DNA of 33,316 bases from an uncultured Candidatus Saccharibacteria bacterium (GTDB lineage Bacteria > Patescibacteriota > Minisyncoccia > Phycocordibacterales > UBA9973), in contig CAYHIX010000005.1 in NCBI GenBank assembly GCA_964356875.1, positions 1-33,316 of the forward strand, read 5' to 3'. Position 1 is the stretch's first letter, and the number at the start of each line of letters is the position of its first letter. A program made the translations under genes and the position numbers. This document shows, one piece after another, positions 1-8,450 of the stretch. The notes below the pieces were generated by a model. That model saw nothing but the letters and a program-made list of their open reading frames with translations. It made no database searches and had not been told where the DNA came from.

Positions 1-53
1 TAAAGAGGCAGGGGCTTCAAAACCCCTCGACGGTTCGAATCCGTCCGGCTCCG
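1..53 (+). tRNA. tRNA-Ser, probably anticodon GCT; 3' part only, cut by window edge
   Basis: T-AA-AGAGG (anticodon loop end and stem), long variable arm AGGGG/CCCCT, T arm GACGG-TTCGAAT-CCGTC (29-45), acceptor strand CGGCTCC, discriminator G53. Long arm plus G73 indicates Ser; register puts T as last anticodon base. No encoded CCA. Confidence 0.85.
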
Positions 54-200
54 CAGGTGAAAAGCCATGATATGGCTTTTCCAGGATTCGAACGACGGAG
101 TATAATTTTTTCAGTAGAAAAAATTACGAGTCGGTGCCCAGACAAATTTTTTGCGACGGCAAAAAATTTAGTTGAGGGAGAAATTCCGTCCGGCTCCGCA
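40..200 (+). repeat. 16-bp direct repeat of the tRNA 3' end flanking a hairpin-rich insert
   Basis: TCCGTCCGGCTCCGCA at 40-55 and 185-200; perfect hairpins at 59-81, 103-126 and 144-169. Confidence 0.85.
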
Positions 201-211
201 CTGAGTTTTAT

Positions 212-610
212 TTACTGGTGTTTAAATATTTTCCCACCAATCCAGATTAAAAACGGGGAAGACACTAACATAAATATAGGAAAGTTATAATTACCTGGAT
301 ATGTATACCAATCATAAAAATTGTAAGTCAAAGTTAATAAATATATAAAATAAAGAGCCGCAAGTATTAAAACATTCATTTTGTAATTTTCTGGTGCCAA
401 TCTTGCAGTAATATATCCACCTATTATGGAGCATAATGCTACAAGGAGAGTTGAAATAATTAAAATGAACAAGAAATCAATTCCTGGGCTTGTATCTGAC
501 GAGAAAATACCAAATAATTCTAATATATATATAATAATTGGTGGGGTGATGATAATAACTATAAATCCAAATATTATAGCCCCTATGTTTTTTAGTGTAG
601 ACTTAATCAT
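212..610 (-). CDS. hypothetical membrane protein, about 4 TM helices
   Basis: 132-aa ORF with four hydrophobic segments and a GGYITARLAP loop; no family recognised with certainty. Confidence 0.75.
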   Translation of the reverse strand: MIKSTLKNIGAIIFGFIVIIITPPIIIYILELFGIFSSDTSPGIDFLFILIISTLLVALCSIIGGYITARLAPENYKMNVLILAALYFIYLLTLTYNFYDWYTYPGNYNFPIFMLVSSPFLIWIGGKIFKHQ

Positions 611-630
611 ATCTTTGATATAATATTACA

Positions 631-768
631 ATGGCTAAAGAAGATAATCAAGAAGATGAAAATAGAACCAATAATCAAAACAACACGAGTGCTAGTAATA
701 ATAAAAATTCTGGCACGGGAAATTACGGGGACGATGACACTGAAGAAGTTAGAGATAATGTAAGATAA
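631..768 (+). CDS. small N/D/E-rich protein, 45 aa, probably leaderless; not in ORF track
   Basis: MAKEDNQEDENRTNNQNNTSASNNKNSGTGNYGDDDTEEVRDNVR; TGa-TATAAT (616-624) lies 6 nt before the ATG; stop is 8 nt before the next gene. Confidence 0.6.
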   Translation: MAKEDNQEDENRTNNQNNTSASNNKNSGTGNYGDDDTEEVRDNVR

Positions 769-776
769 TTAAAGAC

Positions 777-1262
777 ATGACATTTTTAGATAGAGTAAAA
801 CAAAAAATCTGGCATTTTATTTATAAATTTTTTCCGACAGTGCAGAGTTTTTTCTTGAGCTTTCATGAGAAGGGTAGGCAGAGGTATCATATAGGCTGGC
901 TAGCACCAGATAAGAGCCTAGAAGACTTAAAGCACTATCTTCATGATAAATGGGGTTTTGGGAATCATTTCGTAGCATGGCCAGACGATGGGCAAGTCTT
1001 AAGCTGGAGAAAGCTAGCGGATTTTAATGATCAATATCATATTCGTGTTTTTAAAGATGGAGAAATACGAGGGCATTATGAATATACCCCGGAAGCCCAC
1101 CCGATTGCGCACTTTGATGAAAAAGATGAACAATTCAAGAAAGAAGATTTCTTAAAATTTTTAGATGGATATATTGTAGATAAAAAATTCCCAAGACATC
1201 TAGAACAAGATCCAGATGCTTATAATCCTGACTCCGAAGTTTCTTTTGAGAATAAAAGCTAA
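777..1262 (+). CDS. hypothetical protein
   Basis: 161-aa ORF rich in His and aromatics (QYHIRVF...GHYEYTPEAHPIAH); function not recognised. Confidence 0.75.
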   Translation: MTFLDRVKQKIWHFIYKFFPTVQSFFLSFHEKGRQRYHIGWLAPDKSLEDLKHYLHDKWGFGNHFVAWPDDGQVLSWRKLADFNDQYHIRVFKDGEIRGHYEYTPEAHPIAHFDEKDEQFKKEDFLKFLDGYIVDKKFPRHLEQDPDAYNPDSEVSFENKS

Positions 1263-2443
1263 ATTTTAGATTCTAGCATTACCAAGTCCCAAAGTTTACC
1301 AGCTACGTTTTGTGGTTTACCGAAAAGGGGATAGTGGTGAAGATCTATAAAAGGTAAACTATTACATTCTATTATTCCAGAGTGCTGTTCTTCTTTCCAT
1401 GATTTTGTAATATCTTCCATTATAAAATCTACTCCTACAAGTGGATCACCCAAAAATTTACCTACATGCTCGAGCATAGCTATGTTGTCAGGGTGAGTGA
1501 TATCTGTGACTTCTGTGGTAGTCCCTCCTACTCCTCGACTTGTCTTTTGAGAAAAAGTTACTATCCTTCCTTTTTCTGGGATGTCTCTCATTTTTATCTT
1601 CTGTCTCTCTAGTTCTTCGTTTGCTTCTTTATCTATTTTTATCTGGTGAAAGATAGGTCCGCCGCGCTCTGGTCTTTTGTTCTCTTGATCAAGAAGGTAT
1701 TGAAGTGTATTTATCCCATCTCCAGTGACTTCTGGCTGATCTCTTTTGACTACACCGACTAGTTTCTGGTTTACCAAGGTACCCCTAAAAAGATACCCCT
1801 TTAATTCTTCTTCGATGATAACCAGCGGCGAAAGCTTTCTAGCTTTTTTGAAACCAATCATAAGTAGTTCAGGTGTGTCTATGTGTATCATCGTATGCCT
1901 ACTTCTGGAGCCCAAGTTTGGCTTGGTTATCACTGGCTTGTCTACACTATTAAATATTTTAAGAGCGCCAGCTTTTGTGAAAGCCGTGCCACCCCTAGCT
2001 ACGGGGATGCCTTCTTTTTGAAATTTCTTTTTCATGATGCCTTTATTATCCATCCATCTGAGGGCGGCAGATTGCTTTATATCTGGGCGAGGTAGACCAT
2101 CGAATAAAATGGTCTTGCCTTTGAATTCGGCCACAAAAGCATTATCTACAGGACCCAAGTGAAACTCTTTCATCTTTATTCCTCTTCTTGTAGCTTCATC
2201 CCAGAAACACTTTGTCCTGTATGTATCTTTATTGTCTGGTTTGTATGAATAATATCCTAGCCTCAAAAAGACCATTAGATTAAAGAATGGCAGAGATGCT
2301 GCATCCGCGAGTCTGTCGGCTGTATTTTTGAAAATCATTTCCATGAAATCAAAAAATGGCTCATCTATCCAGCCTAATACTACAGATGTATAAGCTACAA
2401 AATGATTTTCTTGTGCCGGTTCACAATCTTTACAATGCTTCAT
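1259..2443 (-). CDS. ATP-grasp ligase, cyanophycin synthetase/GshAB ATP-grasp-like
   Basis: PVITKPNLGSRS, IIEEEL, VTGDG..T, GGTTTEVTD, GVDFI and IIECNSLP motifs; no Mur-ligase domain. Confidence 0.8.
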   Translation of the reverse strand: MKHCKDCEPAQENHFVAYTSVVLGWIDEPFFDFMEMIFKNTADRLADAASLPFFNLMVFLRLGYYSYKPDNKDTYRTKCFWDEATRRGIKMKEFHLGPVDNAFVAEFKGKTILFDGLPRPDIKQSAALRWMDNKGIMKKKFQKEGIPVARGGTAFTKAGALKIFNSVDKPVITKPNLGSRSRHTMIHIDTPELLMIGFKKARKLSPLVIIEEELKGYLFRGTLVNQKLVGVVKRDQPEVTGDGINTLQYLLDQENKRPERGGPIFHQIKIDKEANEELERQKIKMRDIPEKGRIVTFSQKTSRGVGGTTTEVTDITHPDNIAMLEHVGKFLGDPLVGVDFIMEDITKSWKEEQHSGIIECNSLPFIDLHHYPLFGKPQNVAGKLWDLVMLESKI

Positions 2444-2483
2444 GTCTTTAGTATACCAGTTTTATTTTTTTATTAGAAATCAA

Positions 2484-3152
2484 TTAGTGTGCTACGGTAA
2501 AGGCGATGACTTTACGCGCGCCGGATTTTTTCAAAATCCGGCGCGCCTCACCTAGTGTTGCCCCTGTAGTAAGTATGTCATCTACTAAAATGATATTCTT
2601 TTTCTTTAATACATCCTCCTTTCCATTTTGTATAGAAAACGACCCGACTATGTTTCTCAAGCGTTCGCTCCTGTTTTTGATTCTTGCTTGATGTTCGGTA
2701 TCTTTTGGTTTTATAAGTACGTTGGTTACTAACTTAAAATTCTCATTCCTATCTATTTTCACTAGTTCTTTGCAGATTAGTTCGGCTTGATTATAGCCTC
2801 GCTCTTTTTGTCTAATCTTGGAGAGGGGGATAGGTAGGAGTATTGCTTCACGGAAGTTTTCCATGGTATTCAGTTCGGATAATTCTTCTAACATCCTTTC
2901 ATGTATAATTTCAGCAAAAATTTTTGCAAAAGCTTTTTTATTATTGTATTTCAATAACCAGAGAGCTTTTTTAATAGGAGGGTGTCTGTAATCAAAAATA
3001 GGGAATATCCAGGATTCGCTTTCTCTCTCTGCTTGTCTGGATTCATGGATGCAGTTTAGGCAAAAGTATGTACCATTTGTGCCACAGCCTACACAGCTTG
3101 ATGGAAAAACAAGCTCGAGAATGCTGTTTTTGATGGTGTTTAAAAAACTCAT
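2484..3152 (-). CDS. comF: ComF family competence protein (zinc finger plus PRTase fold)
   Basis: CxxC...CxxC N-terminus, LKY, PIPL, RGYNQAELI, LVDDILTTGATL; start moved to the ATG at 3152. Confidence 0.9.
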   Translation of the reverse strand: MSFLNTIKNSILELVFPSSCVGCGTNGTYFCLNCIHESRQAERESESWIFPIFDYRHPPIKKALWLLKYNNKKAFAKIFAEIIHERMLEELSELNTMENFREAILLPIPLSKIRQKERGYNQAELICKELVKIDRNENFKLVTNVLIKPKDTEHQARIKNRSERLRNIVGSFSIQNGKEDVLKKKNIILVDDILTTGATLGEARRILKKSGARKVIAFTVAH

Positions 3153-3197
3153 ATATGATATACTTACAAGGTATTTTAACATAACTAGAAGATATAA

Positions 3198-4325
3198 ATG
3201 GATAATCCTTTCGCAAAAATTTTAAATAGTATACAAGGCATGGTGAGCGGTTCTCCTGATAGTGCTGTAGGTATTGATATCGGCTCTTCATCTATTAAAG
3301 TAGTTGAAATAAAGAAAAAAGGGGGTAAGGCGATCCTCGAGACTTACGGCTCTATCGCTCTTGGGCCATATGCTGGACTCGATGCTGGACGTGTGTCTAA
3401 TTTGCCAGTTGAACAGATCACAGATGCACTAAAGGAAGTTTTGAAGCAGTCTAGTGTCAGCGCACGTTCAGTGGCGATGTCTATACCTATCCAATCTAGT
3501 TTAATTTTTACAATAGATCTCCCTGCCCAAGTAAAAGATAATGAAATGTCCACTATAGTTTCTACAGAAGCCAGAAGGTATATACCTGTGCCTATATCCG
3601 AGGTGGCTATAGATTATTTTATGTTACCTAAAAAAGAACCTTCATTTCAAGAAATGAATAATACTACACCAGATGCTCACCCTGAAGATAAAGTAAGCGT
3701 ACTGGTGGTAGCAACTCAAAATGATGCTGTAGCAAAGTACAGATCCATAGTTTCTAGTGCTGGTCTATCCTCATCTTTTTTTGAAATAGAGATTTTTTCT
3801 TCTATTCGATCAAACTTTGAACACGAGCTTTCTCCTGTACTTCTGATAGATTTCGGTGCAGCTCGCACCAAGGTTTCCGTAGTTGAGTTTGGTATGGTCA
3901 AGAGTTACCACACCATAGACAGGGGAGGTGCAGATATCACAGACTCTATATCAAAATCACTTAGCATCCCTTTCCCTGAAGCAGAAAAAATGAAGAAAGA
4001 ATTTGGCCTTTTTGGTAATCCTTCAGAAAAGGCCCTCGCCGATGTGATCAGGATTCATACAGATTATATATTCGCTGAAACAAACAATGTCTTGATATCT
4101 TATGAGAAAAAATACGACAGGATCATAAGTAAAGTCATATTTACTGGAGGTGGATCTCTACTAAAAGGTCTTACAGAAGTAGCTACAAATAATTTCAGAG
4201 CTGAGATAGAACTCGGCCACCCTTTCTCAAAAGTAAATGCTCCAGCATTCCTTGATAAAGTTTTAGCGACCATGGGTCCGGAATTCGCGGTAGCACTCGG
4301 ACTTGCTTTGCGAAAGTTGCAGTAA
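3198..4325 (+). CDS. pilM: type IV pilus assembly protein PilM
   Basis: Actin-like motifs GIDIGSSSIK, IDFGA, TGGGS, AVALGLALR; first gene of the pilus cluster. Confidence 0.93.
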   Translation: MDNPFAKILNSIQGMVSGSPDSAVGIDIGSSSIKVVEIKKKGGKAILETYGSIALGPYAGLDAGRVSNLPVEQITDALKEVLKQSSVSARSVAMSIPIQSSLIFTIDLPAQVKDNEMSTIVSTEARRYIPVPISEVAIDYFMLPKKEPSFQEMNNTTPDAHPEDKVSVLVVATQNDAVAKYRSIVSSAGLSSSFFEIEIFSSIRSNFEHELSPVLLIDFGAARTKVSVVEFGMVKSYHTIDRGGADITDSISKSLSIPFPEAEKMKKEFGLFGNPSEKALADVIRIHTDYIFAETNNVLISYEKKYDRIISKVIFTGGGSLLKGLTEVATNNFRAEIELGHPFSKVNAPAFLDKVLATMGPEFAVALGLALRKLQ

Positions 4326-4326
4326 G

Positions 4327-4370
4327 TTATACACAATTTACTTCATTTAAATTTTCTTTTGTAATATAAT
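4327..4370 (+). promoter_or_regulatory. DnaA-box-like site plus -10 upstream of pilN-like gene
   Basis: TTATACACA 4327-4335; TATAAT 4365-4370. Confidence 0.5.
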
Positions 4371-4381
4371 ACATACTGAGC

Positions 4382-5008
4382 ATGGATCAAAATTTTCAAA
4401 CATCCTTCATACCAAAAAAGCCAATGGTCAGAGAAACTTATACACCTCCTCGGTCTATAGGTTTATTAACTATCATTGCTCTTTTTATCTTGTTTACTAT
4501 TCTTCTGGCTTCAGGTGGTCTTTATTTTTATAAAGGAGTTCTTGCGAAGAATCTAGAGAATATGAAAAATAATTTAGTCTTGGCTCAGAACCGTTTTGAA
4601 CCATCAAAGATTAAAGAATTACAGGTACTAGATAAACGCTTAAATGCAGCAAACCAAATTTTATCTAAACACATAGCTATTTCACCAATTTTCCAAGGCT
4701 TACAAGCAGTCACTATGAAAAGTGTGAGGTATACAAAATTCAGTTATGATTTTGGTCAGGAAAAAGACGCAAAAATAAGTGTGAAAATGTCTGGCGTTAC
4801 TTTGGGGTACAGTTTTCTAGCATTACAGTCTGATCTCTTTGCTAAAAACAAAAACTTTATCGATCCCGTTTTCTCTAATCTTGCTTTAAGTGAAAACGGC
4901 AACGTTTCTTTTGACTTAGATTTTTACATCGACCCTTCTTTTGTTGATTATAAATTAATGCTTCTTACGAATAGTAAACAAACTGAAGATCCCTTAAATA
5001 TGCAATAA
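4382..5008 (+). CDS. PilN-like alignment protein
   Basis: Short cytoplasmic N-terminus, single TM helix, coiled coil, C-terminal domain; sits between pilM and pilO. Confidence 0.7.
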   Translation: MDQNFQTSFIPKKPMVRETYTPPRSIGLLTIIALFILFTILLASGGLYFYKGVLAKNLENMKNNLVLAQNRFEPSKIKELQVLDKRLNAANQILSKHIAISPIFQGLQAVTMKSVRYTKFSYDFGQEKDAKISVKMSGVTLGYSFLALQSDLFAKNKNFIDPVFSNLALSENGNVSFDLDFYIDPSFVDYKLMLLTNSKQTEDPLNMQ

Positions 5009-5012
5009 TATT

Positions 5013-5606
5013 ATGACCAGATTTATTTTACCAACAATTTTGATAGCATTAGCAGCAGCGGGGTTTTTCATGTTTACTATCCCGCTCTACGAAGAGATAA
5101 CTGTATTAAAAGCAGATGCAGATTCTTACGACGCAGCCTTGAACAATTCTAAAGCATTAGAAAATGAAAGAGACAAGCTAACTTCTAAATACAACTCGAT
5201 TGATAAGGAGGACATAAGTAAATTACAGAAACTTTTACCAGATAATATAGACAACATCCGTTTAATCTTAGAGATAGAAAAGATAGCTTCTCCATATGGT
5301 ATGGCTTTAAAGGATGTGAAATACAATGCAGACGAATCAGACAAGGTAAACACTACACTATCGAGCGGAGTTCAAGGTGGAGTCTCAGAAGGTGCCCTTG
5401 CCAGGGATTATAGGATTTTGAATATGGAATTTTCTGTAACTGGTAATTATAATAACTTTATTAATTTCACCAAAGATCTAGAGAGTAATCTTCGCATCAT
5501 CGACATATCTTCAGTCGCATTTGCTGCAAATCCAGACTTCAAGCTTGGTCCTGCTGGAATTTATACATACAAATTCAATATTAAAACTTACTGGCTAAAA
5601 AATTAA
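5013..5606 (+). CDS. pilO: type IV pilus protein PilO
   Basis: N-terminal TM, coiled coil, KLLP, GNYNNFINFTKDLESNLRIIDI signature. Confidence 0.85.
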   Translation: MTRFILPTILIALAAAGFFMFTIPLYEEITVLKADADSYDAALNNSKALENERDKLTSKYNSIDKEDISKLQKLLPDNIDNIRLILEIEKIASPYGMALKDVKYNADESDKVNTTLSSGVQGGVSEGALARDYRILNMEFSVTGNYNNFINFTKDLESNLRIIDISSVAFAANPDFKLGPAGIYTYKFNIKTYWLKN

Positions 5607-5607
5607 C

Positions 5608-6081
5608 ATGTCACAATTTAAAAATATAATTATATTCATAGTCGCTGCAGTCATCCTGGTATTGGTATATATTTTTTTGATTAAAAAAGGTCCAGAACAA
5701 GATGCATTAGTTTCAACTTCGTCTAATTCTACGGACTCTTCTTTGGGTGCCTTAAGCCAAGGGTCCGTCGAATCTAGTGAATTCCTGAACGTACTTTTAA
5801 GTATAAAAAGTATTAAGTTAGATGATTCTATCTTTGCAGATGTTGCTTTTGATACATTGCGTGACTCAAGTATTACTCTTACAGCAGATGGTAATGAAGG
5901 TAGGCCGAACCCATTTGCGCCTATAGGTACTGATGTTTCAGCCCCAGCTCCAACTACACCAACACCTGCAACCACACCTACAAGTACATCTACAGGTAGT
6001 ACTGTAGGAGGTAGTATTTTTGCCCCTTCTGCTACTCCTGCTTCATCATTACCATCAACACCGACTTCACCAACCAACTAA
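5608..6081 (+). CDS. membrane-anchored protein in the PilP position, with P/T/S-rich tail
   Basis: N-terminal TM, GRPNPFAP motif, low-complexity C-terminus; follows pilO. Confidence 0.6.
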   Translation: MSQFKNIIIFIVAAVILVLVYIFLIKKGPEQDALVSTSSNSTDSSLGALSQGSVESSEFLNVLLSIKSIKLDDSIFADVAFDTLRDSSITLTADGNEGRPNPFAPIGTDVSAPAPTTPTPATTPTSTSTGSTVGGSIFAPSATPASSLPSTPTSPTN

Positions 6082-6087
6082 CATAAT

Positions 6088-7845
6088 ATGAGTTTTTTAG
6101 AAGCATTAGTAAAAAAATCTTTAATTACGGACACACAAATAGCCGATCTTAAAACTGCGGCTAAGGATAAGTATAATGGCGACATCTACCAAGCTTTAGT
6201 TGAAAGCGGCCTTTCAGAAGAAAGAATCATAGAAGAAAAAGGTGAGTATTTGGGAATACCAGTAGAAAAAATAAATATGAAAGAAATGTCTTTTGATCTA
6301 CTCAAATACATTTCTGAAGATTCCGCGATTCACTATCGTTTTGTACCTATTGGATTACAAGACGGTGTTTTACATGTCGGTATGATAGATCCAGAAAATG
6401 TGCAAGCGATGGATGCTCTGCAGTTTATTTCCGCTAAAGTTGGTATGCCTTTTAAAATTTTCTTAATTTCAAAATCAGATTATGAAAATGTGCTTGAAGC
6501 TTATAAAGGTCTATCTAGTCAGGTGTCCGAAGCCCTAGATGCTTTAAATAAAGAGGAATTAGAAGAAACAAAAGGCCTCACAGAAGAAAATTTGAGCAAA
6601 GAAATCAAAAATGTTAAACCTGGGGAAGACAAAAAAATAGTAGAAGATGCTCCAGTTATTAAGATCGTTGCGGTGATACTGAGAAATGCGATAGAAGGGA
6701 ATGCCTCTGACATACACATAGAACACACTGGAGAAAAAATAAAAGTTCGTTTTCGTGTGGATGGTGCTTTATATACTTCCATTATTTTACCTATAAATAT
6801 TTACAATGGTATCATTGCCCGCATAAAGATATTGGCCAAGCTGAGACTAGACGAAAAAAGAAAGCCCCAAGATGGGTCATTTAGTGCTAATATTGATAGC
6901 CATAAGATTGATTTCCGCGTATCTACAATGCCTGCTTACTATGGAGAGAAGGTGGTTATCAGAATACTTGATCCAGGAAAAGGAGTAAAAACGCTAGATC
7001 AATTAAATATGTCTGAAGCTAATTTGAAGATGATCAGGGAGGCATTAGCCAAACCTTACGGAATGATACTCATCACTGGTCCGACTGGTTCTGGTAAATC
7101 CACTACATTATATTCAATGATGAACGAACTTGATAACGAAAAAAACAACGTCGTTTCCCTGGAAGATCCGGTAGAGTATCACATGCCTAATGTGAACCAG
7201 TCCCAAGTGATGCCAGAGATAGGGTATACGTTTGCCTCAGGACTTCGCTCTATAGTCAGACAAGACCCAGACATTATCATGGTTGGAGAAATTCGTGATA
7301 AGGAAACAGCGCAGCTTGCTATACAAGCTGCGCTGACAGGGCACTTGGTTTTATCAACCTTACACACAAACAATGCAGTAGGTACCATCCCTCGTCTGGT
7401 GGACATGGGCGTCGATCCTTATCTTATCGCTCCGACACTTATCATATCTATAGCGCAGAGACTTGCTCTCATGACTTGTGAATCTTCTCGTAAACTAGTA
7501 CCATTAGACCCGAGCGTGAAGATACAAATAGAAGAGCTGACGAAAGACTTACCAGACGAATTTAAAAAAGACTTGAAAGATATTCAGGAAAAAAACCAAA
7601 TGTACGAGACAGTGCCATCGGCCGATTGCCCATCGGGGACCCGAGGGCGTATCGCTGTATTTGAGATGTTTAATGTAGATAAAGAAATACAAAGTGCGAT
7701 ACTAAAGAATCCTACTAATGAAGAAATATATAAAATAGCCCGTAGGAAAGGGATGCTAACAATGAGAGAAGATGCAATGTTAAAATCCTTACAGGGCTTA
7801 ATACCATTTAAAGAAGTATATAATTTCAGTAATGAAAGTGAATAA
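6088..7845 (+). CDS. pilB: type IV pilus assembly ATPase PilB (GspE family)
   Basis: ASDIHIE, PQDG, Walker A GPTGSGKST, EDPVEY, RQDPDIIMVGEIRD, TGHLVLSTLHTN. Confidence 0.95.
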   Translation: MSFLEALVKKSLITDTQIADLKTAAKDKYNGDIYQALVESGLSEERIIEEKGEYLGIPVEKINMKEMSFDLLKYISEDSAIHYRFVPIGLQDGVLHVGMIDPENVQAMDALQFISAKVGMPFKIFLISKSDYENVLEAYKGLSSQVSEALDALNKEELEETKGLTEENLSKEIKNVKPGEDKKIVEDAPVIKIVAVILRNAIEGNASDIHIEHTGEKIKVRFRVDGALYTSIILPINIYNGIIARIKILAKLRLDEKRKPQDGSFSANIDSHKIDFRVSTMPAYYGEKVVIRILDPGKGVKTLDQLNMSEANLKMIREALAKPYGMILITGPTGSGKSTTLYSMMNELDNEKNNVVSLEDPVEYHMPNVNQSQVMPEIGYTFASGLRSIVRQDPDIIMVGEIRDKETAQLAIQAALTGHLVLSTLHTNNAVGTIPRLVDMGVDPYLIAPTLIISIAQRLALMTCESSRKLVPLDPSVKIQIEELTKDLPDEFKKDLKDIQEKNQMYETVPSADCPSGTRGRIAVFEMFNVDKEIQSAILKNPTNEEIYKIARRKGMLTMREDAMLKSLQGLIPFKEVYNFSNESE

Positions 7846-7848
7846 TAC

Positions 7849-7885
7849 AAAAATACCTCACCAGGATGTCCTGTGAGGTATTTTT
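7849..7885 (+). terminator. intrinsic terminator after pilB
   Basis: AAAAATACCTCA...TGAGGTATTTTT inverted repeat. Confidence 0.75.
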
Positions 7886-7897
7886 ATTTATTAGAAG

Positions 7898-7940
7898 TTA
7901 TCCACAGGTCGCAATTTTATAAGTTAATCTATAGTACAAT
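7898..7940 (+). promoter_or_regulatory. DnaA box plus -10 upstream of the receiver gene
   Basis: TTATCCACA 7898-7906; TACAAT 7935-7940. Confidence 0.55.
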
Positions 7941-7955
7941 TAATTAAACACATAT

Positions 7956-8360
7956 ATGGAAGGAGAAAAGAAGAAAATTTTAATAGTAGACGACGATAAT
8001 TTCCTACTGGATATGTATGCTTTGAAGTTTAGCCAGAATAACTACGAAGTCTATACTGCTCCCGGTGCCAAAGAAGCTTTAGAGAAAATAAAGGGTGGAC
8101 TAAGTCCAAGTGTTATTTTGACAGATATTATAATGCCAGATATGGATGGTTTCGAAATGTTGGAACTGATCAACAACGAAAAGCTTTCACCAGACTCTAC
8201 AAAGATTATTTTATCTAACAAGAGTGAGCAACAAGACATAGACAGGGGGAACGAACTAGGCGCATCAGGATATATAGTTAAAGCAAACTCTACTCCTCGT
8301 GAAGTTATCGAGCAAGTCAATGCTATTTTAGCAGAAAAGGTTGCCACACCTACTGTGTAG
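7956..8360 (+). CDS. single-domain response regulator (CheY-like receiver)
   Basis: ILIVDDD, phosphoacceptor TDIIMPDMDG, LSN, GASGYIVK; no output domain. Confidence 0.92.
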   Translation: MEGEKKKILIVDDDNFLLDMYALKFSQNNYEVYTAPGAKEALEKIKGGLSPSVILTDIIMPDMDGFEMLELINNEKLSPDSTKIILSNKSEQQDIDRGNELGASGYIVKANSTPREVIEQVNAILAEKVATPTV

Positions 8361-8450
8361 TAAATTAAAATGCGAGTTATGAATAGCGTAAACGCGACAA
8401 GCGGGTTATACTATATGTATTAGTATTTTATAAATAAATTTTTAAAAGGA

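Noticed and set aside
57-290. 77-aa ORF after the tRNA
   Set aside because: GTG start with no initiation signal, runs through the hairpin cassette and overlaps the convergent membrane gene; no integrase motifs.
426-623. This and the many other antisense or nested ORFs in the track (e.g. 5595-6077, 8495-8932, 16425-16943, 20714-21145)
   Set aside because: Shadows of well-supported genes, with no recognisable motifs.
8370-8423. Short ORF MRVMNSVNATSGLYYMY before pilT
   Set aside because: No terminator or antiterminator follows, and it overlaps a likely -10 (TATACT); not supportable as a leader peptide.
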